From Octopus sinensis (lineage: Eukaryota): a stretch of DNA of 38,758 nucleotides. Under the pieces are notes generated by a model. The model was not told the DNA's origin. It did no database searches and saw only the letters and a program-made list of their open reading frames with translations. Below, piece by piece: positions 13,010 to 25,882 of this stretch. Location: the NCBI RefSeq assembly GCF_006345805.1, contig NW_021835762.1, positions 1 through 38,758 of the forward strand, in the 5' to 3' direction. The position numbers and the translations under genes are program-made. Position 1 is the first letter of the stretch, and the number at the start of each line of letters is the position of its first letter.

Positions 13010-13012
<3 letters not shown>
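12172..13012 (+). mobile_element. 5'-truncated R4/Dong-clade non-LTR retrotransposon with (TAA)n tail
   Basis: C-terminal ORF, about 100-bp 3' UTR ending aaactactg, then (AAT)n. A 17-bp duplication (aaatactgcactaaact) sits at the 5' junction. Confidence 0.9.
12229..12915 (+). CDS. Transposon ORF remnant: CCHC zinc knuckle plus restriction-like (PD-(D/E)xK) endonuclease of an R4/Dong-clade element
   Basis: CRICGDGQETINHIISGC (CCHC) and RPDIVVRD...CFLIDVSIP...EKLSKYKDL (RLE). The frame is open upstream to about 12172 and has no native ATG. Confidence 0.9.
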   Translation: MRSSGLKAVTEGFLIAAQDQSLPTRNYQKHVMKRNITSNCRICGDGQETINHIISGCSVLAKKEYIHRHDRVGTYIHWKLCQHYGITTEKRWYRHTPEKVTENEKATILWDMPIHTDREIKANRPDIVVRDHEEKKCFLIDVSIPADDNVSLKEMEKLSKYKDLEIEVTRMWNLKTETIPIIVSALGMIKEYSDKYITKTPGLTNTYNIQKIALLGTAHILRRTLSIQ

Positions 13013-13067
<55 letters not shown>

Positions 13068-13069
<2 letters not shown>

Positions 13070-13154
13070 CACAACAAATCACAGCACATACCCAAGGCAC
13101 ACAGAGTTGCGCTCGGTAGTGAAGTGAAAGCACGCTATAAAAATAAAACTACTG
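13068..13154 (+). mobile_element. R4/Dong 3' UTR-only copy
   Basis: Near-identical to about 12926-13012, with (AAT)n on both sides. Confidence 0.9.
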
Positions 13155-13173
13155 AATAATAATAATAATAATA

Positions 13174-13249
<76 letters not shown>

Positions 13250-13260
13250 GCCCTGGCTAA

Positions 13261-13816
13261 ATGCCCTGATGCAGTACCAGGCAGTGGCTCTCATGGCTTC
13301 TGATCTTAACTGATTGGAAGTGTTATCATGTACATTGTTTTGTCTTGATATAAAAGATGGGCTACAGCAAATATTCTGCTCAATACCACAGATTTGCTTG
13401 TCAGTTGTTTGACCTTAACCAGTTGAGTATGTCCCTTAGTGGCTGACGATATGTGCATCTCTGATCACGAGCAGAAATAGTGGGGGAGCATCATAGCCAT
13501 GTGTTGAGAGGGATTCTTTGGGGTTTGAATAATTCACCTCTGGAAACATGGGTGGTTCTTTCAACATCCTTAAACAACCCTTATTCAGGGACCTTTTGAG
13601 CGGTATGGGCTACTCGACCTGAAGAAAATTCTAACTGGGCCCCACCTGCAAGGTCATGTGCTGTTTATCTTGATATGAGATCACCATGTCGCGCACATAT
13701 GGTTGTGATGCATGTGCCTGGTGTACCTTTATCAGACGGGTAGTCATGATGGGTATATTGGGCTTCGTATATTTTACCCCAGTGTCACTTTGATGGCATG
13801 AACTGCTCTCTCACTC
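13261..13816 (+). mobile_element. Element X, long copy (556 bp, non-coding, flanked by (TAA)n)
   Basis: Homologous to 11725-12035; no ORF; 10-bp aaatgccctg duplication at the 5' end. Orientation is inferred from the (AAT)n run. Confidence 0.75.
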
Positions 13817-13862
<46 letters not shown>

Positions 13863-13875
13863 TAAATTTTTTTTA

Positions 13876-14085
13876 AATATTCAGACAAATACATAACAAA
13901 AACACCAGGACTTACAAACACATATAACATACAGAAAATTGCACTACTAGGCACTGCACACATCCTACGCAGAACACTTTCCATACAATAACCATCAGAG
14001 CATCACAACAAATCACAGCACATACCCAAGGCACACAGAGCTGTGCTCGGTAGTGAAGTGAAAACACGCTATAAAAATAAAACTA

Positions 14086-14088
<3 letters not shown>
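13876..14088 (+). mobile_element. R4/Dong 3' fragment (last codons plus UTR)
   Basis: Near-identical to about 12800-13012; followed by (AAT)n to about 14157. Confidence 0.9.
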
Positions 14089-14144
<56 letters not shown>

Positions 14145-17094
14145 TAATAATAATAATTTTTCACGGTCATTAATTTTGGATGATGGTGCAGTAGATGATA
14201 CCGCCGATCCCATACGTGATTGGCTGTTTTTTCTTTTTTTTTTAGTTTGGAAGTATAAAAATATCCTCGAGCAGATTTGATATCAGAGCGTTTAAGTTCA
14301 CTGTAATCAGGGCAAGACCTTTTTCACAGTATTCTAATAAATCGGCACTTTGAGATGACCTATTTCGATTAAGTCGATGCTATTTAGGCAGTCGAGATTT
14401 GAAATAAGAACGAAAATGACTTGGATAAAAATCTTACTTTCACGAGCAACAGATACGTTTGACTACAAACAGTTGTGAGCGAACAAGGATTATTTGTTAA
14501 TGAATTCTAATTTTACCGCGTACGGGTGTCATCTGAATACGATAGCAGAAACGACTGTGCATGAAACTGGCACTAAAAACGTCAAGCAAGTAGATGGCAT
14601 TTTAGGAGCAATAAAAACGAAACACGAGTTATTGTCATTTTTGCTATTTGCAATGTCAGAGAATACATTTGAAAATCCTACCCGCACAATCGGTAAAGAC
14701 TTAAAGCCATAGAACTCAACATTAATAGCTTTAAATCCAACCTTCAGAGCTGAACGTTATCTTCATACAAGTTATCTTCATACACAGCATTTTAATTCAG
14801 GAAACAAATTTACAACAACAAGAGTCACACTTAGAAGCCCTATTTTCACTTATATATATTAAGATAGATCCTATCACAAACGTTGAGGCTTCATAGCACA
14901 TACCAACTCGTGCATCTACAAATGACAGTCGTAGAAAACTACATCCTAACTATATCTTAACTATATTTCAAATACCATCAATATCTTGAATAGGGAGTGT
15001 ACTTTTTTACCAAATGTCACAATAGCACAGAAATTGATATAATCGTATCACACGGTATTTTACATCATAAACAGTTATCAGCAACACGCATATAACTAAC
15101 AAAGCCAATTGCAATTCTTTGACTTAAATATGATTGAGAAACATATATCTCTATCTCAAAATTGTCATAACAGCAGAAATCCAATTAGAAACTTCACAAA
15201 CATTAAGCTGAGCCAAGAAACGGAGTAAAGTTTTTTTCAGAGTCTAATAAAATCACACTCATCACCAAAGATACTGCAGGACAAATTTTTGATGAAATAT
15301 TCGTAGGTACATCCTAAAATTATGGTATGCATTAAAATATACTTGAACTAAGTATCGAAGATTAAGAAACTTATTAAACCCCACAAAATAAACTTAAATA
15401 ATACCTAAAACCACTTACGACAAAAATAAAACATAACAATCCTTCACAAAGAAAAGAATTATTGAGCAAAATAAAACCAACAGGGGAGTGGGGCACTTCT
15501 GTATCCAACATAAACTACGTCACTAAGAGTGAAATAAATTCAACACCAGCAGCAGCAGTAGCAGTGGAACCACCACAACCACCACCTTCATCATCATCAT
15601 CATCACCATCATTGTCACCAACGGCAGTAAAAAGCCCATACTACACCCTATGTAATAGTAACACTCTCAGTCTCTTTCCAAGTACACACCTTTATACATA
15701 TATCGAAAATTAACCATCACAAAGCAGATAGCGACATCGATGTGGATACTGTTGGAATCTTCGAGCTTTGAAAAAAATATGCTGGGCAACAGAGAAGTGA
15801 AAACCGCGACGAGTCGAGATTGAACTTAACTGGTCACAAGCATGTTATAGTATTAGAAGATAAAATGAAAGCTGGAAGATCTTTCCTCACGATGCTGAGT
15901 TGGACGACAGACACAAATCATAAAAACCAATGAAGCGTAGCAGTTATCATTCTGGTAAAATGATTATAGCACATTTAACAACGTAACACGAGGAGTCAAA
16001 GGAACAAAAGCCATCGGATAACTGTATTTGTTGATAGAAAAATACTTGAAGCAACATATTGTATAGTTGTTAGACCGGAATAGCGTAGAAAGGAAGTTTA
16101 CAATGAATGACAAAGAACATAACTGCTGTAAATAGTGTATATATACGTCAGTATGTTATCTGTATCTATTGAAACACCAAACTATCCGATTTTACAAATG
16201 TTTATCCTATTTAAAATATCTACAACTTATCTGTTTCAGTCAACAAGCTTGCCACTGTGGGATTGTTCTTCTGACTAGACAACGCAAACAATTCTGTCTG
16301 AAACAAACACGACTGTCTAAAACAATATGGAAACATGAAATGGTTTTTGGTCGATTTATTTAAAAAATAAGCGGTTGGGCGATCACAGTTTGATCACATG
16401 TATGCTGAACCAGATATATCCTGGTTTCAATCAACAACAAAATGAAAAGCAGTATAGAAAAAAAAAAAAGAATACGGGTTGATTACATTGCAAATGTCGT
16501 TAACCATTGCTCTGCTTGATCGCGATAAGCTTGGTGTACATAAAAACTGTAAGAAGGTATGAGACACTAAATGATAAGCACATGTGGACTAGTCGTCATG
16601 GATGTAAGCTTCCGATCCCGAGATCATAGATTCAATTCTGAGCCTGGGTGATTCATTGCGTTCTTGGACAATGCATTTAATCTCACACTCCCCTCTCCTC
16701 TCAATGAGTTACACTGCGACACACGGTTTTCCGTTCAAGGGCAATGTTGTGATCTCGGTCCCTTATAATCTCAACGCAAACCCGAGTAACTGGCCTCGTG
16801 TCTCTGGGACTCGAAACAGTAATGTCCCGGTATTGATGGTGGTATATTTTTTTCTTTCGGAGAATATATAGCAGGTTATTCCCGATGCAGCGCCATTGGC
16901 CAATTGACTGAAATATTAGTACCGACCTGGGGCGAATCGTCATTTACCGGAATGAGAAAAACGATGCAAATATCATGCAAATAAGAATATCTGTGAAGCA
17001 TGGGCAGGGCAAGTACACCGAGCAGATTTTTTTATTCTCATTCGACCATCGCTTTACTTTCAACAACGAACCACATGATAGACTAAAACAAAAA

Positions 17095-17208
17095 CAACTA
17101 CTACTACTACCACAACTGCTGCTACTACTACTACTACTACTACAACCGCTGCTGCTACTACTGCTTCTGCTGCCACTACTGCTGCCACTGGTGCTACTGT
17201 TGTTGTTG

Positions 17209-17247
<39 letters not shown>

Positions 17248-17484
17248 CTTCTATTACTACTGCTACTGCTATTGTTGCTGCTGCTTTTGCTGCTGCTGCT
17301 TTTTCTTCTGCTGCTTTTGCTACTACTACTACTACTACTTTGCTATTACTACTACTACTACTACTACTACAACAACAACTACTACTACTACTACTTGAGC
17401 AGGTGATAAGATTAAATAACACAAGGTGTGACCAACGAAGATCGATGGTGAATATTGGGATGCCGATGTTGATGATGACAACGT

Positions 17485-17516
<32 letters not shown>

Positions 17517-17719
17517 GTGCGAAAACATTGCTGGTGATAGCGATGGCCATTCGCCTGTGAAGGCACAGGGCCAACTTCTACAGAACGCGTCGCCAAATCG
17601 ATTAATTTCAACACAATATTGATAATGATGATGATTATAATGATGATGACGGTGATGATGATGATGATGATGATGACGACAACGGCGACGATGACGATGT
17701 GGTGTTGATAATAATAATA

Positions 17720-17784
<65 letters not shown>

Positions 17785-17790
17785 GCTTTT
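17095..17790. repeat. Compound (CTA/CTG)n, (GAT/GAC)n and (TAA)n microsatellites
   Basis: Direct reading; explains the poly-Leu/Tyr/Val ORFs. Confidence 0.9.
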
Positions 17791-17829
17791 AATGTTTTTA
17801 AGAACTACAAAAGCAGGACAACAAAAGCA

Positions 17830-18550
17830 GACCGTAATAGGAATTGCATATCGTAGTATATATTGTCACTTTAAAGAGATTGAAGGCCAAATCATCACTG
17901 ATGGCTGTCCTGTCTTAAAACTATGAAATATATTCAAAAGCATGACCGCATAAGTAGCTATATCCATTGGGCAATATGCCAACACTCGGAGATCAAACAG
18001 GAAACAAACTTCTATAAACATGCAATAAAATCTATAATTGATAATGACAGGAATAATACCTTGGGACATGGTACTGCAGTCTGAGTGAAAGATCAAAGAA
18101 AATTTAAGTTGAGAAACATAACGAGAAAGATTAAGAAAAACATTTGGTTTTTCAAAAATATAACTTAATCCGTTATTAGTAAAATATATTACTTAGATGT
18201 TGGAAGAGATAGTATTAAAGGACAAGCGAAGTCTGTGTTGAAACAAAGAAGAATTGAACGAAATTGTCCATATCAGAAATCAATATAATTAATTTATTAG
18301 GTGAGACTTAAATAACTAGCAGGAATAAAAATATAATAGGAATATTGATTATTAACAAAATATACAGGTCTACAGGGCAGCTAACCTATTCTAGAGAGGT
18401 TCTTTTCAATATAATACCATAACTGACATAACATTGTACATAGAACATTCATAATTCAATAAAACAATTGACAGGACTCGTATAGTCTATATACTACAGA
18501 CATTCAAACACAATAAAGCAGCACACATTTTATGCAGGTCTCCTGAATAT
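17830..18550 (+). mobile_element. Old, diverged R4/Dong-clade C-terminal fragment
   Basis: Frameshifted pieces read DGCPVL, KYIQKHDRISSYIHWAICQH, IPWDM.LQSE*KIKEN and AAHILCR. They are collinear with SGCSVL, EYIHRHDRVGTYIHWKLCQH, ILWDM..HTDREIKAN and TAHILRR of the 12229 ORF. Confidence 0.6.
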
Positions 18551-18603
18551 CATAACAGGACTTACATACACAACTAATATCATAAAAAGCAAATCTACTT
18601 ATA

Positions 18604-18710
18604 GCGCGGGCGTAGCTGTGTGGTAAGAAGCTAGCTTCCCAACCACATGGTTCTAGGTTCAGTCCAGCTGCATGGCAACTTGGGCAAATGTCTTCTACTA
18701 TAGTCTCGGA
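18604..18710 (+). mobile_element. SINE family B, 5' tRNA-like head
   Basis: gctgtgtggtaagaagct.gcttcccaaccacatggttc..ggttcagtcc...ttgggcaa.tgtcttctactatag, as at 33046. Confidence 0.85.
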
Positions 18711-18742
18711 CTAACATTAATTTGTTAGCCCATCGTATATGG

Positions 18743-18830
18743 ATATAATGGATAAAGACTCCCCTCGGTCATGAATAACCATGAGATTCCACGTAGAAAT
18801 TTACCCTCCGTGGTACAAGTCCGGACAATG
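18743..18830 (-). mobile_element. SINE family C 3' tail
   Basis: The reverse complement ends ttattcatgaccgaggggagtcttt, matching tcattcatgaccgaagggtgtcttt at 33766-33790. Confidence 0.65.
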
Positions 18831-19710
18831 CTACAAGTTGCTCCCCAAAACCACCACAGAATAGCTGCTATGTTGGCTGCAATCTTCTCACATCAAATTC
18901 TTCAGGACAGAGTTTCCAGACCACTATCAGAACATACAGCAAATTTGGACACACTGGAGAATATGACAATTTCCCGAAGTGCTAGTGGTCCCTCGACCAT
19001 CTCACTGGCCCAAACTTGTCTCCGTTTGATATTGGCTGGTCAAAGAAGTAAAAAATAGGGATTTTCATAGAAAAAAAAGTACCTTTTTGATGTAAATAAT
19101 TTTTGTTCTTAACATGGACCGATTTGAAATTTATCTTCGACGGAATGAAGAGCAAGCTTTCTTCTGTCATACTCTCAATTTTGTTCAACTTGTGCCGCAG
19201 GGTCTCGGAGGAGATAGTGTTAGTTGAAGGCTACCAAACCTTCCACACACAGACAACTTCAGCTTTATATATATAGACTGGATGACGTTATCTCCTCTTG
19301 CCTCTCCAGCCATATACCTGCAGAATTGTTTGCGTACAGATTTCAGAGAACAGCCTGGTTTCTCCCGCTGTAAACTTCTATATTTCTATGATGGTCTTTT
19401 GCACAGACTCAAGACGAGAACTTTTAGCCATGATTGTAACGCCAAAAATTATATTACAAAAATCCGATAAAGAATTGGTTGAAGGAGAAATACACGGTTG
19501 TACTGTCGCAATATTACAGTAGTATTGTGAGATAAGCGGTATTTACGTACTTGTCTATAATCTTACACTTGTTAGTCTACAATAATCATTGTCAAAATTA
19601 GTGAAATTGTTCAGAGACAGAAACGAAGCACTTGTACCTCGTCTATTGTACATAAGTATAATGGCTTTCGATATTTATTTATCCTTTCATAAACATACAT
19701 ACATACATAT

Positions 19711-19790
<80 letters not shown>

Positions 19791-19867
19791 TATTTATATA
19801 ATTGTAAGTTTGTTTATATATATATGTATACATATACACACATACAAATATATACATACATAGACAA

Positions 19868-19899
<32 letters not shown>

Positions 19900-20207
19900 T
19901 ATATATATATATATATATGCATATATGTATATACATGTGTATATATATACCTATATACATATACAAACTTACAAATATATAAATAAATACACACACACAC
20001 ATGCACATACACATATACAAATTTTGAATCTTACATGTGTGTGATTGTATGTATGTATGTATGCATGTATTATGTATGAATGAATTAGAGTGTATATATA
20101 TATATATATATAGATACATATATATACATACATATATATATATACATATATATATATAGATGTATATATATAGATGTATATATATATAAATATATATATA
20201 TGTATAC

Positions 20208-20238
<31 letters not shown>

Positions 20239-20556
20239 CATATGTGTGTGTCTGAGTGTATAAATATAAATATATGTATACATGTATATATTTACTTATA
20301 TTTATATATGTGTTCGTGTGTGGACGTATGGGCGTGTAGACGAACGCGTGGTATGTGCGTGGGGTATAGGTGTGTGTTTTCTATTTTTAATCGGATACAA
20401 ATAGAGAAAAGCGACTCAAGGATCGACCGAAACTTTCGCGTAAGGCACTTATCAGACTTTACAGTCGATTAATATATACATATACATACATATATATATA
20501 TATTATATATATATATATATATAATATATTATATATATATATATAATATATATATA

Positions 20557-20609
<53 letters not shown>

Positions 20610-21028
20610 TCTCACTGTTATATTTTTATTTTTCCACTGTTTATATATATATTTTTTACTGTTTATATGTTTGTACTGTCGTTACCGTCTTGCCTTTTTT
20701 TTTACCCCTCTGCGAAAAGATCTCAGAATTTTAATTGATTTGCTTTTCGCGGGAAGGAAGTTTTCTTCGAAGTATACGTCTCGCTTTTATCCTTCGAAAC
20801 GTTAGTAGATGAAACCTTAGCGACTGAAGAAGGGGATTTTTCGTTGTGCTTATTGTCCTGTATCTCTCTTTTTTTGCTTGTCTTGTTCCTTGTTTGTGTC
20901 TATGTGTTTCGTCTCTCTATGTGTTCGACGTCTTTTTGGTGTCCTGTACACATATATGCGTGTATATGTACATGTAGAGGTAGGTACGTACATATATGTT
21001 TATATATATGCATATGTTCTATTTTATT

Positions 21029-21086
<58 letters not shown>

Positions 21087-21381
21087 CAGACAGATAGAAA
21101 GACAGACATACAGACAGACATACAAATGATGTATATACATACATATATGATAAAAGTAATTTTGTATTAATCTTAAGGGTATCTTAAACTTATGTAGAAT
21201 ACAAATTTATAATTCTTAAAAGACAGTTCTATATTTAAGAGGTGAGGAATTATGTACATTATTTACATTATTTACATTCGACGGATATTTGTCCTCATCT
21301 TGGACAAATATCCGTCGAATGTAAATAATGTAAATAATGTAAATATTAAGACAATTTTATTCCCAGTGATTTCGAAGTTGT

Positions 21382-21418
<37 letters not shown>

Positions 21419-21669
21419 CGCACACGCACACACATACACACACATATCTTTTATTTTTTACTTTTTTCATTCCTCAGATTGCTGCCATGCAGCAGTACAG
21501 CCGTGAAGAGTTGAATGAATCGTGGTACATATTATATCTTTCACTTTTAGATTAGGGAAGTAAACACGCCAACACCGGTTGACAAATGATAGTGGGCGAC
21601 AACCACAAAGAAACACATGCATATATATATATTATATGTATTTATATATTATGTGTATATATATATGTG

Positions 21670-21732
<63 letters not shown>

Positions 21733-22315
21733 TATTATATATATATATATATATATACGTAAACAAGAAAAAAAGGGAAAGCCGGACCGGTGAACACAGA
21801 GAAAGGACCCTTCATCTGTTATCAGTTGTCGGCTGTCTAATCACTCCTCATTTCATGTATTCAATGACAATATGAATCTTCAAAGACAGTTGCTCCCATA
21901 TATTCTAAAATAAACCTTGGGATTTATAGAGGGGTAAATTCGGAACAAAAAAAAACGACAATAGACATACCAGGAAACATATATATATATATATATAGCA
22001 TTATTAACGATTAGGAGAAGGGAGATTTTCCGCGTTTGTAATTTTATAAAACAGTTAATAAAAGTATTGAAGTCAAAAATTTCCATTCACCTGCACATTA
22101 ATTACTCTAAGAAAACCATGTAGTGTTGAATAGGACACTCAGATTTTCCAAGCGAGAAAAATTACCAGATTCTAGCAACTTGTATATCACCAGCATTTGC
22201 TGTGGTTAGCTGGCACACAAAACAGATTTAAAAGGAAATACGATAACTTCCAGAATATTATAATCCCTTTGGAATTATTTCTGGAATTATATATATATAT
22301 ATAATGATAATACTA

Positions 22316-22363
<48 letters not shown>

Positions 22364-22398
22364 TAATAATATAATAATAATAATAGTAACAATAATAC

Positions 22399-22447
<49 letters not shown>

Positions 22448-22481
22448 TATAATTGTAATAATAATAATAATAATAATAATA

Positions 22482-22551
<70 letters not shown>

Positions 22552-22553
22552 AA

Positions 22554-22942
22554 TAGGGAGTATAACTCCAAACTTATAGGGAAAAATTCAATTTAGTATT
22601 AAATCAAATTTCCCAGTAAAAATATATAACATATAAATTAGAGATAAAATCACTATTATGCAACTCAAACATTGATAGACATAAACCAATACATAAATAA
22701 CAACTAATATATATTTTTTATAACAAATATAACTTATAACTAGATCTCAAAAAATATAAATGAATTATCAATATATAATATATTAATTAATTAATTAATA
22801 ATTAATTGATATATTATATATTGATCATTCATTTATATTTTTGAGATCTAGTTAAAAGTTATATGTTTTGTAAAAATATATATTATTTGTTGTTTTTTTC
22901 TATCAATGTTTGAGTTGCACGATAATGGTGTTATCTCTAATT

Positions 22943-22946
<4 letters not shown>
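22554..22946. repeat. Imperfect asymmetric inverted repeat related to 31285-31705
   Basis: Arms about 22632-22782 and about 22811-22946 surround a (TAAT)n spacer. The left end taggga...ccaaa.tta.agggaaaaa...ttagaga.aaaa.cactatt.tgcaa is shared with 31285-31395. Confidence 0.8.
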
Positions 22947-23004
<58 letters not shown>

Positions 23005-23008
<4 letters not shown>

Positions 23009-23290
23009 TTTCCGTCAACGAAATCCACTGACAATGCTTGGCCGGCCCCTGTCTCTAGTTAGTTAGTTAGTTAATTTTTGGCTCAAAAAGCAAAAAGCAA
23101 CGCCATGTAGGGGGACATGGAGTTATGTACAGGGTGGTGTTCATGTAAAGTGTTCAGGCCACTTGAGGTCAAGGGAGACTTTGAACAAAGCGGTCGTCGG
23201 CATCTTCACCATCTATAGTAGATGCCTGCACCTAGAATTTAACCCGGAATTATGTGCTTAGGAAGCACAGTTCTTACCACACAGGTAGCG
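23005..23290 (-). mobile_element. SINE family B (partial), interrupted by a LINE 3' fragment
   Basis: Head at about 23290-23213 (tgtgtggtaagaa..gcttcc...ccgggtt...tctactatag); body resumes at about 23057-23005 (ggcc..ccaa.c.ttgt.agtggattt.gt.gacggaaactga). Confidence 0.75.
23058..23212 (-). mobile_element. Short LINE 3' end with (AACT)n tail, probably CR1-group
   Basis: The minus strand reads MVKMPTTALFKVSLDLKWP (cf. VV.A.S...FK..LD..W), then a UTR and taactaactaac. Confidence 0.6.
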
Positions 23291-23400
23291 TGTATTGATA
23301 AACAGTGATTAATGTTTGATAGTCATGCTTCTCTTCTAATGAAAGGAAAACAGGGAATACATCAAAGTGTTGCAAAACGTGCATTTTCACGATGGGATTT

Positions 23401-23720
23401 TTTTTCTCTAGTTTCAACTCAGAGCTGTGACCATGCTCATGCACCGCAGTTTTGCTACATTGTTATTGCTAAGAGCCTCCTCTAAAGTGTGGCACTAGGT
23501 GAAGCATGGGGTTTGATATAGCTACCCTCATTTGTACCTCTTGCCGTGAGGTAGGTTCATTTGGGACTCTCAACAGGAAGAGACCCAGCCTTGATTTAAA
23601 AACCCCTACATCTACTTTGTGCAAGTTCCTCAGACTCTTTGGGAGAATATTGAAAAGCTGTGAGCCTTTGAAACCCAGGCTGTTGCAGTAACTGGTCCTG
23701 AAATTCCCTGTGGACCGGTG
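23401..23720 (-). mobile_element. CR1-clade LINE 3' fragment, same group as 4153-5183
   Basis: The minus strand reads TSYCNSLGFKGSQLFNILPKSLRNLHKVDVGVFKSRLGLFLLRVPNEP, collinear with TRYCNSLGFRGPQLFNALPKEL...IPDEP at about 4845-4990. Confidence 0.85.
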
Positions 23721-23827
23721 TACCCTATAAGTTTCATATTCAGTTTTGGATGCTGGTAGCGAAGGGCTTGGATATATATAGTATTCATTAATAATAGGTG
23801 GTGGTTTTCATATTAAAATTTTATTAG

Positions 23828-23872
23828 GTACAACGCATGTTTCGCCCCATCAGTTGGGGCCTCTTCAGGTAC
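23828..23872 (-). ncRNA. Minimal type I hammerhead ribozyme motif (Penelope-like pLTR relic)
   Basis: The minus strand reads GUAC CUGAAGA G GCCCC aacugau GGGGC GAAA C augc G UU GUAC. The core is complete, helices I and II pair, and the NUH triplet is GUU. Confidence 0.75.
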
Positions 23873-24321
23873 AATTCTAAAGAGGTATGTATATTGAGTG
23901 GGTATCCTTGAGTATTTCTTACCAGTTATTATTAACGATAAACACTGTCGTTTGAACCAGTACAAGATTGTATCAAGATCCATCAACAGAACCACTACTC
24001 TAGCAGAATATATTTCTCTTATATAAAAAGTTTCTATAACACAATTTTTGAAATTAAAAAAGAAACTAATATGCGTGTAATTTATATATCTAATAATTTG
24101 CTGAGAATCTTTAGTTTTGATCCTTTACATGGCTTCTAACGTGTATTCATTCGTTCAGTACACATAGCTTAGATAAGAGAACGGCTGACAATAATAAAAT
24201 AATCTCTATTGTAGTATAGCAACGTACACAGGGAAAAATAATCTAACGTTGGTTTAGCACCACGATGTCAATGATGTCTTGATGAGACATACATTCAATA
24301 AAGCCCGCTGTGATATGTGCG

Positions 24322-25114
<793 letters not shown>

Positions 25115-25155
25115 GAGACATAAAAATGTCTTCATTTCATAAATCTCCATTTATA

Positions 25156-25191
<36 letters not shown>

Positions 25192-25739
25192 TGTATGTAT
25201 GTATGTATATGTACATATTTATGTGGGTGTGTGTGTGCACGCGTGCGTGTTTGACTATCTCTATATATTATATATACATACAAACATACATGCGTGAGTG
25301 TGTCTGTGAGTGTGTTATTCAAAATAGTTTACTTCGGATTCCATGCCATTTCAAGCTTTTCCTAACGGAGAATATCTTCTTTGCCCGAAGGAACGTTCCA
25401 ACAACTGAAGAATTGCAGCAAGTCCAAGATTGGCTGAGTGGTCAAAGAAGCTCTCTTTTCTCGTCGAACTTGCGTTGCTTACTAAGCGATATCACACACC
25501 ATAACATAATGTGAACCTCCTTGAATAATAACAGCCCATCTTCCGGAGCCATCTTGAACTTCCTAGAGCTCTTCGTTCATTTGGCTGTTCCAACCACCTG
25601 AGGAGCCAGCCTCCCTTAGAAGCTTGCCAAACAGGATGTTGCACGGAATCGCAATTAAACTCTTTTGAATAATACATGTAACTCCTAATAGATGATGCTG
25701 AATGATCTTTTCTTTCGTTTGACCAGTCACTCATATATA

Positions 25740-25790
25740 TACAGGGTGTCCCCCAAAAATGTATACACACTTTAGCAGCTGATAACACAA
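25740..25790 (+). mobile_element. Solo Tc1/mariner-type terminal inverted repeat
   Basis: TA followed by CAGGGTGTCCCCCAAAAATGTATACACACTTT; no partner end seen in the window. Confidence 0.5.
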
Positions 25791-25882
25791 TTGATATATA
25801 TATATATATATACATATACACACATGTGTGTGTGTATGTATGTGTTTGTGTATGTGAGTGTATGTTGTGCTTTTTTTGTTTG

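Noticed and set aside
18840-19050. ORF 18771-19058 and a mariner-like LDHLTGPNLSPFD motif
   Set aside because: Weak resemblance to HPPYSPDLAPSD only; the ORF begins within a SINE tail.
20420-20470. Minus-strand CTGATAA GTGC cttac GC GAAA motif
   Set aside because: G8 is mutated, helix II is broken and no helix I is found; at best a dead relic.
20790-20835. GAAAC...CTGAAGAAGG motif (also at about 5480-5540 on the minus strand) as a hammerhead
   Set aside because: The order would need a type II topology, but the segment between the GUA and CUGAAGA does not form helix I.
21780-21900. Minus-strand ctgtc TTTGAAGA...GAAA...gacag hammerhead-like relic
   Set aside because: C3 is mutated and helices II and III are not recoverable; possibly a decayed pLTR, but not supportable as a ribozyme.
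25330-25720. ORFs 25492-25965 and 25167-25514; possible RTE 3' remnant (minus; IPCNILFGKL)
   Set aside because: The ORFs run through microsatellite and SINE sequence; the RTE similarity is a single weak motif.
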